Source of the DNA: Anaerolineae bacterium
GTDB taxonomy: Bacteria; Chloroflexota; Anaerolineae; Anaerolineales; UBA4823
Assembly: GCA_041301185.1 (NCBI GenBank)
Contig: JBFYSV010000182.1
Span: 1,328-65,327, forward strand
Reading direction: 5' to 3'
DNA: 64,000 nt
Shown: in pieces, positions 1 to 8,590 of the stretch
How positions within the stretch are numbered: position 1 is the first letter of the stretch
Layout: the number at the start of each line of letters is the position of its first letter
The notes under the pieces: generated by a model
What the model was told of the DNA's origin: nothing
Database searches by the model: none
What the model saw: only the letters and a program-made list of their open reading frames with translations
Program-made: the position numbers and the translations under genes

Positions 1-271
1 TGTGGTTGTGACTGGAAGTGACCACATCTATAAAATTTAGCCGCTCGGGGGCGATCACGCGTTCGGTCATTCGTATATGGGGCTTATCGGTGTTGGCGTA
101 TTTTTTGGTCAGCGAATCCGACAGGTAAGGATCCATCAGGAGATGGTAGCCCAGCCATTGCACCAGGAAACCGCTCTGCCCCAGCCACCATACGTGGAGA
201 TGGTCTTGATCGTTTTTAGCCTGGGCAATATCACCCAGGAATTCATCGTTTATAAGCACGGGTGGAATCAT
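1..271 (-). CDS. MBL-fold metallo-hydrolase (UlaG-like), N-terminal ~90 codons only; the gene continues beyond the window start
   Basis: Own translation of the minus strand from ATG at 271..269 gives MIPPVLINDEFLGDIAQAKNDQDHLHVWWLGQSGFLVQWLGYHLLMDPYLSDSL...IDVVTSSHNH. WWLGQSGFL and the start of an HxHxDH metal motif (SHNH) are typical of beta-lactamase-fold hydrolases. A GAGG Shine-Dalgarno lies just upstream. It is not in the ORF track because it is truncated. Confidence 0.5.
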   Translation of the reverse strand, partial: MIPPVLINDEFLGDIAQAKNDQDHLHVWWLGQSGFLVQWLGYHLLMDPYLSDSLTKKYANTDKPHIRMTERVIAPERLNFIDVVTSSHNH

Positions 272-584
272 GGTTTTTCCTCGGGGGGTAGTTTTTTATC
301 GAGTTGTCATTGCCGCCAGAGATTGCCGGCATTAGATTTACCTGGTCGCCAGTGTGAAGAGTTCGATTCAGTTCCGCCACTCGCCCGTTAATCACCAGAA
401 GCAGGTGTTCTGGTTCCAGGTCAATCGCCAGGTATTCGAGCAAATCTGCCAGGGAGCTGCCGGAGGGAATTTCCACCTCCAGGCGGCTGACCAGCCCATC
501 GGGTGTCTGGCGTTGCAGAATAGTGTGCAGGTGGACGGTAACGGTTATCATCTTGCTGTCAAGGATGGCAGCGAAACGCGCCAT
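243..584 (-). CDS. ThiS/MoaD-family ubiquitin-like sulfur-carrier protein with a 22-aa extension after the Gly-Gly
   Basis: ORF track, 113 aa. The sequence reads ...GDQVNLMPAISGG followed by NDNSIKNYPPRKNHDSTRAYKR. The beta-grasp-sized body ends in GG, as in ThiS/MoaD. The start is uncertain (ATG 584 or ATG 551, MITVTVHL...). The 3' end overlaps the next gene start by 29 nt. Confidence 0.5.
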   Translation of the reverse strand: MARFAAILDSKMITVTVHLHTILQRQTPDGLVSRLEVEIPSGSSLADLLEYLAIDLEPEHLLLVINGRVAELNRTLHTGDQVNLMPAISGGNDNSIKNYPPRKNHDSTRAYKR

Positions 585-670
585 GAACCTGTTTCTGAGA
601 TGGTTGTGCCTTTGCTCGATAACAGTTTGATTGAATCGCTGCGGACAGTATTATACTTAATCCCTGTGCT

Positions 671-1336
671 ATGAACCAGAAGCTTAACCTTAGCGCCATA
701 ATCTTCGATATGGATGGGCTGATGTTCGATAGCGAGAGGATCGCCCAAATCACCTGGCAGCAAGCTGCCGGTGAGTCCGGGTTTGATTTCCCGGCAGAGA
801 TCTACATGGGCATTGTCGGGCTGTCGTATCCAGATGTTGATCGTTACACCCGGCAGGTGTTTGGGGAGGATTTTCCTCTTGAGACAGTCTATGCGCGCAA
901 ACAAGCACTGATGGAAAACTATATCACCACGCAGGGCATTCCCATCAAGCCTGGCTTGTGGGAGCTCTTGCGGGCAGTTGAAGCCGCCGACCTGCGCCGG
1001 GCGCTTGCCAGCTCGTCTGCCAGGAGAATCGTCCTGCGCAATCTGCGCGCCGCCGGGTTAGACTCCGCTTGGTTTCATGCCATTCTCAGCGGGGATGAAA
1101 TCCGCCACAACAAGCCTGCCCCAGACATCTTCTTGTTGGCTTCGCAGCGATTGCACGCACCGCCTGAAAGGTGCCTGGTGCTGGAAGATTCGAACGCCGG
1201 CATCCAGGCTGCCTGTGCTGCCGGTATGCTGTCCATTATGATCCCGGACATGCTGCCGGCAACACTCCATACAAAGCAGTGCGCCTATCGGATACTGCCA
1301 GATCTGCACGCCGCCAGGGAACTGCTCTTTTCATAG
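671..1336 (+). CDS. HAD-IA family hydrolase (beta-phosphoglucomutase/phosphatase-like)
   Basis: 221 aa. Motif I is IIFDMDGLMFDSE (DxDG), and the C-terminal motif is LVLEDSNAGIQAACAAG. The length is typical for the family. Confidence 0.8.
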   Translation: MNQKLNLSAIIFDMDGLMFDSERIAQITWQQAAGESGFDFPAEIYMGIVGLSYPDVDRYTRQVFGEDFPLETVYARKQALMENYITTQGIPIKPGLWELLRAVEAADLRRALASSSARRIVLRNLRAAGLDSAWFHAILSGDEIRHNKPAPDIFLLASQRLHAPPERCLVLEDSNAGIQAACAAGMLSIMIPDMLPATLHTKQCAYRILPDLHAARELLFS

Positions 1337-1337
1337 A

Positions 1338-2081
1338 ATGGCGCCTAATCTCATCCTCTACTACACCACCATGGCGCTCGCCGCGTTCCTGACGGGCGTT
1401 TCTAAAGGAGGCCTGGGGGGCATGATGGGGGCGCTGATTACGCCGATGGTGGCACTGGTGATACCGGTAGACCAGGCGATCGGGCTGTTGCTCCCGGTAA
1501 TCATACTTGGAGACGTGTTCGCCCTGGGGGCCCACTGGCGGCGTTGGAATGGGCGCCTGGTTGGCCTGCTGATTCCCGGAGGGCTAATCGGTATTACCTT
1601 GGGTACGTTTGTGTTAACAAACATTTCAGCATTGTTGCTCCAGCGCATTCTGGGCGTATTGGTCTTTTTGTTTGTGGGCTACCGGCTGGCTGAGAACAAG
1701 GTTCTCAAAACGCTAAGCTACCAGACACAAAACTGGCATGGCTGGGTCGCGGGAGGGTTGGCAGGTTTCACCTCAACGCTGGCACATGCCGGTGGACCGC
1801 TCATCGCCATTTATTTGCTGATACAAAATATCCCCCCACCGGTATTTATTGCCACTTCATTATTATTCTTTGCGGTGACGAATTTGATCAAGGTGCCCTT
1901 TTATTACCAGGCAGGTCTGATCGATATGGCTGTCCTGGCCCAGGTGGTTTGGCTGGCTCCACTTGTCCCGCTCGGGGTCTGGGTAGGAAAGCGACTAGCG
2001 ATGCGGGTAGATCGAACCGTCTACGAGCGGATCATCCTGGTGTTGCTGGTGATCTCAGGTGTCCTGCTTCTGACTCGCTAA
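1338..2081 (+). CDS. TauE/SafE (DUF81) family sulfite/anion exporter-like membrane protein
   Basis: 247 aa, about 7-8 Gly-rich TM helices, two-half internal symmetry (GG..G motifs near both termini). The start is 1 nt after the HAD gene stop. Confidence 0.7.
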   Translation: MAPNLILYYTTMALAAFLTGVSKGGLGGMMGALITPMVALVIPVDQAIGLLLPVIILGDVFALGAHWRRWNGRLVGLLIPGGLIGITLGTFVLTNISALLLQRILGVLVFLFVGYRLAENKVLKTLSYQTQNWHGWVAGGLAGFTSTLAHAGGPLIAIYLLIQNIPPPVFIATSLLFFAVTNLIKVPFYYQAGLIDMAVLAQVVWLAPLVPLGVWVGKRLAMRVDRTVYERIILVLLVISGVLLLTR

Positions 2082-2103
2082 GCGTGCCCCAACAGGCTTG
2101 AGC

Positions 2104-5100
2104 TTACCACTCGGTCAGCTTCCAAATCTCGGGGTGAGAGCGGTCGGCAAGCTCGCTGGCGGGTGCAGCCACCTCATCCATTCCTGCTCGATTGACTTCG
2201 GCAAAAATGATCACCGCTTGCTTGAGATGAGCCATGGAATGCTCTTCCAATCCGGCGGTATGGTACAGGTCTGCCAGGTTGTTGTGCAGGGCGGCTTCTC
2301 TATGGCGGTCGCCGAGAGCAGCACACAGGGTCAACGCCTGGCTGGCAAACTCAATGGCACGCTCCAGATCGCCCATGTCTGCATAGGAGAGAGAGAGATT
2401 GTTCAGGGCAGCGATCTGGCCGACCGGCTGGTCGATCTTTTTGGCTAGATCCAGGCTTTTAGCCAGGTGGATGATCGCTGCGGACAGGTCCTCCCGGGCG
2501 CGTGACAGGATTCCCAGGATATTATGGGTCAGCGCCAGCGAGGCGATATCCACCGCCTCTTCAGCCAGCGCCAACGCTTGGCAGGCCATTTGCCAGGCGT
2601 TTTCCATCTCGCCCCGCCGGTAGACGGTACGACTCCAATCCGCATACAGCCGAGCCAATCCACCCGGGTCGTTTCCATCGCGTAGCATCTCGGCGCTGGC
2701 CTGGAAGTAGCCTTCAGCCCGTTCCCAGTCTCCCAGCCGGTGGTAGACATCACCCAGTTTATGCCCCAGGCGGGCCTGGGCAGCTGGATCAGTGCCTTGC
2801 TGGGCCAGAGCCGCTTCCAGGCTGTTAATCGCGGAGTCGTAGTTGCCCATCAGGATGTGCGTATCCCCAATTGCTTCGTTGATTTGAGCGATATGCGGGT
2901 GCCCTAAGGCCAGGGCGGTCTGAAAATGCGCCAGCGCTTCAGCATTGGCATATAAAGAGCGCGCTTGCTCGCCGGCAATTTGATAGAATTCGGCGGCCGG
3001 GCGAGCCTGGCCTGCCTGCTTGTAGTGATAGGCAATCTGCCCCGCAAAACCGGGCTGGTCGTGGCGCCCGCGGATCCGCCCCACCAGTGATTCGGCAATG
3101 CGGAGATGCAACAACCGTCTGCGAGCCAGGCTGGTTTCACCATAGACCAGATGGCGCAGCTTCTCATGGCTGAAATCGTAGCTAAGCAGTCGCAGGTTCT
3201 CCGGGCCGGTTTTTTCCTGGCCGGGTAGCGCTTCACGGATCAGTCCATGGCCCATCAGGATTTCCAGGGTAGAGATCGTCTCCTCGTCGGTTCGACCGCT
3301 GGCCTCGCGCAGTGTATCGTAGTCGAATGATCGCCCGATGGCGGCTGCAGTCTGTAATAGCTGCACCCCGGTCTCGCTGATTTGCTCCAGGCGAGAATGG
3401 AGCAGATCGCGCACGCCGTGCGGCAGGGGCCAGGAGGCTGGTGCAGAATTATCTCCTGACTCCGGTAAGGAAGCCAGGTACTCGTAGATAAAAAATGGCA
3501 AGCCCTCCGTCTCTTGATAGAGCTGTTCGGTAATTGTGGGCGTGACCCGCGGTACCTGGCTTGTTAATATGCCAACCAGCGCTCGAACGGATTCGGGCGT
3601 CAGCCGTGCCAGGTTGATCAGCTCGCCATAATCGTTGCGCTGGGCCTCTGCCAGCAGCCGGCGCAGGCGATGCCCGCTTCCCAGGTCTTCACCTCGCCAG
3701 GTGACCAGGATCAGTAACGGATGGCCGCGCAGGCGCCTGACAAAGTAGGTCAGTAAATCCAACGAGGCATCATCTGCCCAATGGACGTCATCTAAAAAGA
3801 CAACGCCAGGGGTATCCCCCTCGCACAAAGCCCGGATCACCAGGCTCAGGTTCTCAAAAAAACGGGCCTGGGCGCCGGGGTCTTCAGCGGGTGGTATAGC
3901 TGGCAGGTTCGTTTGAAGTTGGTGGATGGCAGGCAAAAGGCGGGCTGCCTCGCTCAGGGATGAGGCGGATATGCTGTGGTGCCAATTGGCATAGACAGTC
4001 TGGCTGATGGCGTTGCTCAATCCTTCGATAAACGGCGCGTAAGCAAGATTGGTTTCGCCTGGATAGCAGCGCGCCTGGATAATGCTTGCCCCTGTGGGCC
4101 GGATCGAGGCCAGAAATTCCTCAGCCAGTCGAGACTTGCCAATCCCTGCCTCTCCCTCCAGGACGATAAATTGCCCGTCTCTCTCGATCTCTGCATATGC
4201 CTGGTGCAGCGCTTTCCATTCGGTTTCCCGGCTGGTGAGCGGCAAGAGCAGGGCGTGGGGCTTCCTGGGAAGTGCCTGTGTGGCAATCGCAGCTGCGTAG
4301 AATCCGGTCCCCGTTTGCAGGTGTTGATACCCGGCAGCAGCAGGTGACCTTGCTGGTATATCCAGGCTGGAGGCAGCTCGCCGTGGGCCGGTTTGTTCTT
4401 TGATTTCCCTGAAAAGACGGCTGGTCTCCGCCAGCGGCGCAACACCCAGCTCTTTGTCCAGGATGCGCACGCATTCCTGATACTGGCGCAGGGCAGCGTT
4501 GCGCTGCCCGGATAGCGCATACAGCTGCATCAGCTGGCGGTGAGCCGGTTCGTGCAAGGCGTCCAGTGAAAGCCAGCGCTGGGCGTAATCGATGGCGGTC
4601 TCGAAATTGCCCTGGTCTGCATAGCCCTGGACCAGACGTTCCAGGACGCTACCCAGCTCGCGGCGGAAGGTTTCACTCTGGAAGAACTGCCAGTCATCGA
4701 ACTCTGCGCTATCCCGCAGGCTGAAGCCAGCCATAAAAGTACCCCGGTGAAGACACGCTGCCTGGCTCAGCCAGGGCAGGCATTTCGGGCAAGCCTGGCT
4801 GGCAGGGTGGGGATGGGATTCGCACTCCGCCAGGCAGCGATAGAATTCCCAGGCGTCCACCTGCAGGCCGGTTGAGTCGGGCAGGTAGAGCAGCTCTTGC
4901 CTGCTTTCCAGGAGTGGTTTGCCTAGAGAACGGTGCAGGGCGGAAATGGTCCTGCGCAGGGCGGCGCGAGCGTTGGTCTGGCTGTAGTCGGGCCATAACA
5001 GCGCTGCCAGGGTATCCCGGCTGTGTGGCTGGCGGGTAATCGCCAGGTAAGCCAGCAGGGCGATCGCCTTGCGGGTATCGACATGAACCGGTGTGCCCTC

Positions 5101-5148
5101 CAACTCAAGCAGGGGCGCGCCGAGCAAGCTCAGAGTAAGTTTCTGCAT
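2104..5148 (-). CDS. SARP/AfsR-like transcriptional regulator: OmpR-type winged helix + BTAD + AAA/NB-ARC-like ATPase + TPR repeats
   Basis: 1014 aa. The N-terminus reads LSLLGAPLLELEGTPVHVDTRKAIALLAYLA...LWPD (winged-helix/BTAD). The Walker A is VLEGEAGIGKSRL. The C-terminal half has repeated A/L/Y-rich TPR-like units (YHRLGDWERAEGYF, LSYADMGDLERAIEF). Confidence 0.85.
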   Translation of the reverse strand: MQKLTLSLLGAPLLELEGTPVHVDTRKAIALLAYLAITRQPHSRDTLAALLWPDYSQTNARAALRRTISALHRSLGKPLLESRQELLYLPDSTGLQVDAWEFYRCLAECESHPHPASQACPKCLPWLSQAACLHRGTFMAGFSLRDSAEFDDWQFFQSETFRRELGSVLERLVQGYADQGNFETAIDYAQRWLSLDALHEPAHRQLMQLYALSGQRNAALRQYQECVRILDKELGVAPLAETSRLFREIKEQTGPRRAASSLDIPARSPAAAGYQHLQTGTGFYAAAIATQALPRKPHALLLPLTSRETEWKALHQAYAEIERDGQFIVLEGEAGIGKSRLAEEFLASIRPTGASIIQARCYPGETNLAYAPFIEGLSNAISQTVYANWHHSISASSLSEAARLLPAIHQLQTNLPAIPPAEDPGAQARFFENLSLVIRALCEGDTPGVVFLDDVHWADDASLDLLTYFVRRLRGHPLLILVTWRGEDLGSGHRLRRLLAEAQRNDYGELINLARLTPESVRALVGILTSQVPRVTPTITEQLYQETEGLPFFIYEYLASLPESGDNSAPASWPLPHGVRDLLHSRLEQISETGVQLLQTAAAIGRSFDYDTLREASGRTDEETISTLEILMGHGLIREALPGQEKTGPENLRLLSYDFSHEKLRHLVYGETSLARRRLLHLRIAESLVGRIRGRHDQPGFAGQIAYHYKQAGQARPAAEFYQIAGEQARSLYANAEALAHFQTALALGHPHIAQINEAIGDTHILMGNYDSAINSLEAALAQQGTDPAAQARLGHKLGDVYHRLGDWERAEGYFQASAEMLRDGNDPGGLARLYADWSRTVYRRGEMENAWQMACQALALAEEAVDIASLALTHNILGILSRAREDLSAAIIHLAKSLDLAKKIDQPVGQIAALNNLSLSYADMGDLERAIEFASQALTLCAALGDRHREAALHNNLADLYHTAGLEEHSMAHLKQAVIIFAEVNRAGMDEVAAPASELADRSHPEIWKLTEW

Positions 5149-5251
5149 ATGCCACTCAAGCTAACCATTGATGATCCCCGGTTTTTTTATGCGGATTGAA
5201 ATCAGACAGTCAATAGCCCCATTTTACTCGAAAATAGTTACTAAATTTTGC

Positions 5252-5296
5252 CGTAACGTCTGCCGTAACGTTTTAGTTACGCTGGTTGGGTATAAT
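5252..5296 (+). promoter_or_regulatory. Candidate activator-dependent promoter: direct repeat CGTAACG-N5-CGTAACG, then 20 nt, then TATAAT
   Basis: CGTAACG at 5252-5258 and 5264-5270, TATAAT at 5291-5296. It lies in the divergent region between the SARP regulator and the cytochrome c gene. The same architecture and spacing recur at 16034-16078 and 20692-20736. Confidence 0.45.
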
Positions 5297-5384
5297 ATGA
5301 TAAAACAGGCTGAATTACACCATATTGCTGCTTGCCCTGCGTGTGATTCTCTTGAGAATGATTGACGCAGGAGGAAATGCAAAG

Positions 5385-6290
5385 ATGAAAAATGCACTTA
5401 AATGGATTGGGATCGTCCTTGGCGGATTGGTGGGTCTGCTCGTCCTGGTAGCGATAGGCTTGGTGATTTACGGGCAGGTTTCTTTTAAGCGGACCTATGC
5501 CAACCGTCCGCTCTACCCGATCACCGCCGACACAAGCCCGGAAGGTATTACCCGGGGCAAATACCTGATGGAAAACGTGATGATCTGCTACGAGGCCTGC
5601 CATTCCGAGTTTGGCAAGCCGTGGGTCGGAGGTTATGAAAAGGTTCAGGACGGCCCGATCTCGGCGGTGTTTGCTGTGCCCAATATCACCCAGGATATGG
5701 AAACCGGACTGGGAGGCTGGAGCGATGCCGAGATAGCCCGCGCCATCCGAGAAGGAATCGATAAGGATGGGGTCTCGCTGATGATTATGCCTTCGTCGAG
5801 CTACCATGCGCTGAGTGACGCGGATGTAGCCGCGGTGGTGGGCTATCTGCGCGGATTAGAGCCGGTGCGCAACGAGGTTCCACCCTTGCAGGTGAACACG
5901 GTTGGGAAAGTGTTTAATGCCCTGGGCATGTTCGGCCCCAGCCCGGTGGGCGAGCCCTACTCTGCCCCCCAGGTGGCTCCCCCGCCCGGTACGGTCGAGT
6001 ATGGCGCTTACCTGGTATCGTTGGGCGATTGCCGCGGCTGCCACGGGCCGGACCTGGCAGGTGGGCCGACGCCCTTCGCCATGGAAGGACCCTTACCGGC
6101 TAACCTGACCCCGGCTGGCGAGCTGCCAACCTGGACGGAGGCGGATTTCATCACTGCGGTACGCACCGGCGAGGTGCCCAGCGGGACTTTCCTGACGGAT
6201 GGCATGCCGCATTACAACATGACCGATGAAGACCTGGCGGCAATTTTCAAGTACCTGCAGACCCTGCCGCCGGTTGTGCCGGAAGGATAA
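5385..6290 (+). CDS. Membrane-anchored dihaem c-type cytochrome
   Basis: Two CxxCH motifs (CYEACH, CRGCH) and an N-terminal TM helix (WIGIVLGGLVGLLVLVAIGLVIY). ATG 5385 is preferred over the ORF-track start 5325 because GGAGGA lies 8 nt upstream. Confidence 0.75.
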   Translation: MKNALKWIGIVLGGLVGLLVLVAIGLVIYGQVSFKRTYANRPLYPITADTSPEGITRGKYLMENVMICYEACHSEFGKPWVGGYEKVQDGPISAVFAVPNITQDMETGLGGWSDAEIARAIREGIDKDGVSLMIMPSSSYHALSDADVAAVVGYLRGLEPVRNEVPPLQVNTVGKVFNALGMFGPSPVGEPYSAPQVAPPPGTVEYGAYLVSLGDCRGCHGPDLAGGPTPFAMEGPLPANLTPAGELPTWTEADFITAVRTGEVPSGTFLTDGMPHYNMTDEDLAAIFKYLQTLPPVVPEG

Positions 6291-6295
6291 TTCGT

Positions 6296-6325
6296 GTAGA
6301 GACGCAGCAGATGCTGCGTCTCTAC
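6296..6325 (+). terminator. Perfect 14-bp palindromic hairpin just after the cytochrome c stop (possible terminator or REP-like element)
   Basis: GTAGAGACGCAGCA-GA-TGCTGCGTCTCTAC at 6296-6325. There is no following T-run, so terminator function is uncertain. Confidence 0.4.
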
Positions 6326-6359
6326 GGGCGAAAAGAAACGATCAGACAGCTTACTCCGC

Positions 6360-6459
6360 TATCCGGTCAGCATCAGGGGAGACCGGATAACCATCGAGGT
6401 CTCACGCCCGGTGCTTAACAATCCATGAACAAAATGATTGCACCGGACGTGAGGGCCTC
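6360..6459. repeat. Two further inverted repeats (hairpins) in the same intergenic region
   Basis: TATCCGGTC (6360-6368) pairs with GACCGGATA (6381-6389). GAGGTCTCACGCCCGGTGC (6396-6414) pairs with GCACCGGACGTGAGGGCCTC (6440-6459), imperfectly, with a 25-nt loop. Confidence 0.35.
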
Positions 6460-6547
6460 ATAACTATAAATTGGCAGCTTTGGCAAGCTATATCTGTAGA
6501 TCTGACGGATGATGTAAACCGATGCCATACATTTCAGCTAACAAGGT

Positions 6548-6646
6548 GTCATTCTAAGAGAGCGAAGTTACCGAAGAATCCCTGGAGCGCCTCGAAAAAG
6601 CAGTAGCCACAGGGACTCTTCGCTGCCTTTTGCAGCTCAGACTGAC
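6548..6646. repeat. Imperfect 36-nt inverted repeat (MITE/REP-like palindromic element)
   Basis: The left arm is GTCATTCTAAGAGAGCGAAGTTACCGAAGAATCCCT (6548-6583). The reverse complement of the right arm (6611-6646) is GTCAGTCTGAGCTGCAAAAGGCAGCGAAGAGTCCCT. The termini GTCA.TCT.AG and GAAGA.TCCCT are shared. Confidence 0.35.
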
Positions 6647-6681
6647 ATTAAGTTGGAAATCAAGTCAGGAGATCACAAAAT

Positions 6682-7158
6682 ATGATGACCGATACGAAAG
6701 GAACGATCAACAAGGAAATTAGCGCCAGCGATGCAGCCATTGACGGGCTGCTGAGCGGTGTGCTGGCGGGGTTGGCGATGATAGCTTACGTAGCATTAAG
6801 CGCCTGGATTGGTGGAGCCGACCCGGTGGCTACCCTGGCTCTGTTTGCCCCTGAACCCACGACTGGTCCGCTGGTGGGGCTACTGGCGCACCTGGCGGTG
6901 TCCGGTATCTACGGGGTGGTGTTTGGAGCGCTATATGCCGGGCTGCTGCGCCGCCCGAATTACAACCCGCCTGCCTGGCTGCACGCCCTGGTGGGCGGTC
7001 TGTATGGCTTGCTGCTCCTGCTGGCAGCCTGGACGCTCTTACTGCCAGCCACCGGCTCACGGCTCCAGCAGATCCCCTTGCTCCACCTGGCGGTGGGCCA
7101 CGTGGTGTACGGCGCTTTGCTGGGCTGGCTGGTTTATCGCCGGGTGCAGCGGGCATGA
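6682..7158 (+). CDS. Small 4-TM membrane protein, unknown function
   Basis: 158 aa with four Gly/Ala/Leu-rich hydrophobic segments. GGAG lies 8-11 nt upstream of the ATG. It is the first gene of the membrane-protein island. Confidence 0.6.
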   Translation: MMTDTKGTINKEISASDAAIDGLLSGVLAGLAMIAYVALSAWIGGADPVATLALFAPEPTTGPLVGLLAHLAVSGIYGVVFGALYAGLLRRPNYNPPAWLHALVGGLYGLLLLLAAWTLLLPATGSRLQQIPLLHLAVGHVVYGALLGWLVYRRVQRA

Positions 7159-7189
7159 GATTGAACACAAGCGAGATATTGATTGGATC

Positions 7190-8590
7190 ATGCCTCGATT
7201 AATAAACGATTCCGAGACGAAGTTTAATCGCGGCGCCTGGCTGACCCTGGCGTTTGTCATACTGCTGCTCTTCTATCTGTTTGCTTCACTCGCTTACCGC
7301 TTCTCATTGCCCACAGACGGCTGGATGGTGAATGAAGCAACGCAGGTGGGTTTCAACTACACCAAAAACCTGATGGGCGCACCTTCCGGTTTGCAGCCCG
7401 GTGATAATGTGATCGCCGTGGAGGAGAATCCCGCGGATAGGTTTAATATCTCACCTGCTCTGCAGGAAGCCTGGAAAGCAGGAGCTATCCTGGAGTACAC
7501 CGTGATCCGGGATGGTGAAGAAATACAGGTGCCTGTGACGCTGACCCACTGGCAGATTGGGAAATGGCTAAGGATTACGCTGGGCGACCCATACATGCTA
7601 TTGGGGATATTCCCGGGGTATTTCTTGCTGATCCTGGCTTTCATTGTTTTTCTGCTCCGCCCCGGTGATCTTGCTGCTGGAGCGTTTCTGTTGCTTATGA
7701 CTGCCTTATTTCAAGTGTCGAATCTGCCCACCGGCTTGGCGGAGTGGATCGATCCGCTGGCGAATATCGCCATAGTAGGAACGATCGATGTTTTGCTTGT
7801 GGTTGTTATGCCTTTCTTGTTCATCCGTTTTGGGCTGGTCTTCCCGCACCTCAAGCCGATCGTGCAGCGCCTGCCCTGGCTGACCTATGTGCCCCTCGCG
7901 ATCGGTTTGCTTATCAGCGTTTTATTCCCTTACAGTATTTTGGGCTGGTTTTGGTTGTTATTTTCATTGTTCTTAACCGTAGCCATTCTTATCCACAATG
8001 CAATCACCATGCGGGATGCGGTCAGCCGGGCACAGATCCTGTGGGGCGTGGGCGGGATCATCTTCGGCTTTGGGTTGATCGCGCTGCTGTTGGTGGCGAA
8101 TACCTTTGAGTTGATCGAGTTCAACCAAAATTTCACCAATCTGGTCTCTGCCCTCGCCCTGATGGGTATGGGCATCTGCCTGGCGATTGCCATCACCCGC
8201 TACCGCCTGTTCGACATAGAGGTCATCATTCGCCGCACGCTGGTCTACGCCGCCCTCACCGCCACCCTGGCGTTGGTTTACTTCGGCAGCGTGATCTTGA
8301 TGCAAAGCCTGTTCGAGGCAGTCACCGGGCAGCAGTCGGCAATCGCCATTGTGATCTCCACCCTGGGCATTGCCGCCCTGTTCAATCCATTGCGCAAGCG
8401 CATCCAGAAGGACATCGACCGGCGCTTCTTCCGCAAGAAGTACGACGCCGAGAAAATTGTGGCGGCGTTCGGTGCCGGTTTGCGCGAGGAAGTGGACCTG
8501 GAGGAGCTGAGCAAGCGCCTGCTGGGGGTGGTGGAGGAGACCCTGCAACCGGAGAGCCTGTCGCTGTGGTTAAGGAAGAGGTCAAAATGA
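7190..8590 (+). CDS. Output-less sensor-like polytopic membrane protein, paralog 1 (PDZ-like ectodomain type)
   Basis: 466 aa from ATG 7190. The ORF-track frame opens at 6809, but its first 127 codons overlap gene 6682-7158 in another frame. The N-terminus MPRLINDSETKFNRGAWLTL matches paralog 17407. It has a PDZ-like stretch (GAPSGLQPGDNVIAVEENP), then about 8 TM helices, then the conserved C-terminal module ITRYRLFDIEVIIRRTLVY...IDRRFFRKKYDAEK...VVEETLQPESLSLWL. Confidence 0.8.
   Translation: MPRLINDSETKFNRGAWLTLAFVILLLFYLFASLAYRFSLPTDGWMVNEATQVGFNYTKNLMGAPSGLQPGDNVIAVEENPADRFNISPALQEAWKAGAILEYTVIRDGEEIQVPVTLTHWQIGKWLRITLGDPYMLLGIFPGYFLLILAFIVFLLRPGDLAAGAFLLLMTALFQVSNLPTGLAEWIDPLANIAIVGTIDVLLVVVMPFLFIRFGLVFPHLKPIVQRLPWLTYVPLAIGLLISVLFPYSILGWFWLLFSLFLTVAILIHNAITMRDAVSRAQILWGVGGIIFGFGLIALLLVANTFELIEFNQNFTNLVSALALMGMGICLAIAITRYRLFDIEVIIRRTLVYAALTATLALVYFGSVILMQSLFEAVTGQQSAIAIVISTLGIAALFNPLRKRIQKDIDRRFFRKKYDAEKIVAAFGAGLREEVDLEELSKRLLGVVEETLQPESLSLWLRKRSK

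Noticed and set aside
5168-5365. 65-aa ORF in the regulator/cytochrome c intergenic region
   Set aside because: It spans the candidate promoter and direct repeats, and has no RBS and no recognisable features. It is most likely non-coding.
6471-6488. Sigma54-like TTGGCAGCTTTGGCAAGC upstream of the membrane-protein island
   Set aside because: The GG-to-GC spacing is 10 nt instead of the 12 nt implied by the TGGCAC-N5-TTGCW consensus, and no bEBP gene is adjacent.
6809-7189. N-terminal 127 codons of ORF-track entry 6809-8590
   Set aside because: This part overlaps the 4-TM gene 6682-7158 in another frame and translates to Trp/Cys/Arg-rich nonsense. Paralog 17407 shows the true N-terminus corresponds to ATG 7190.
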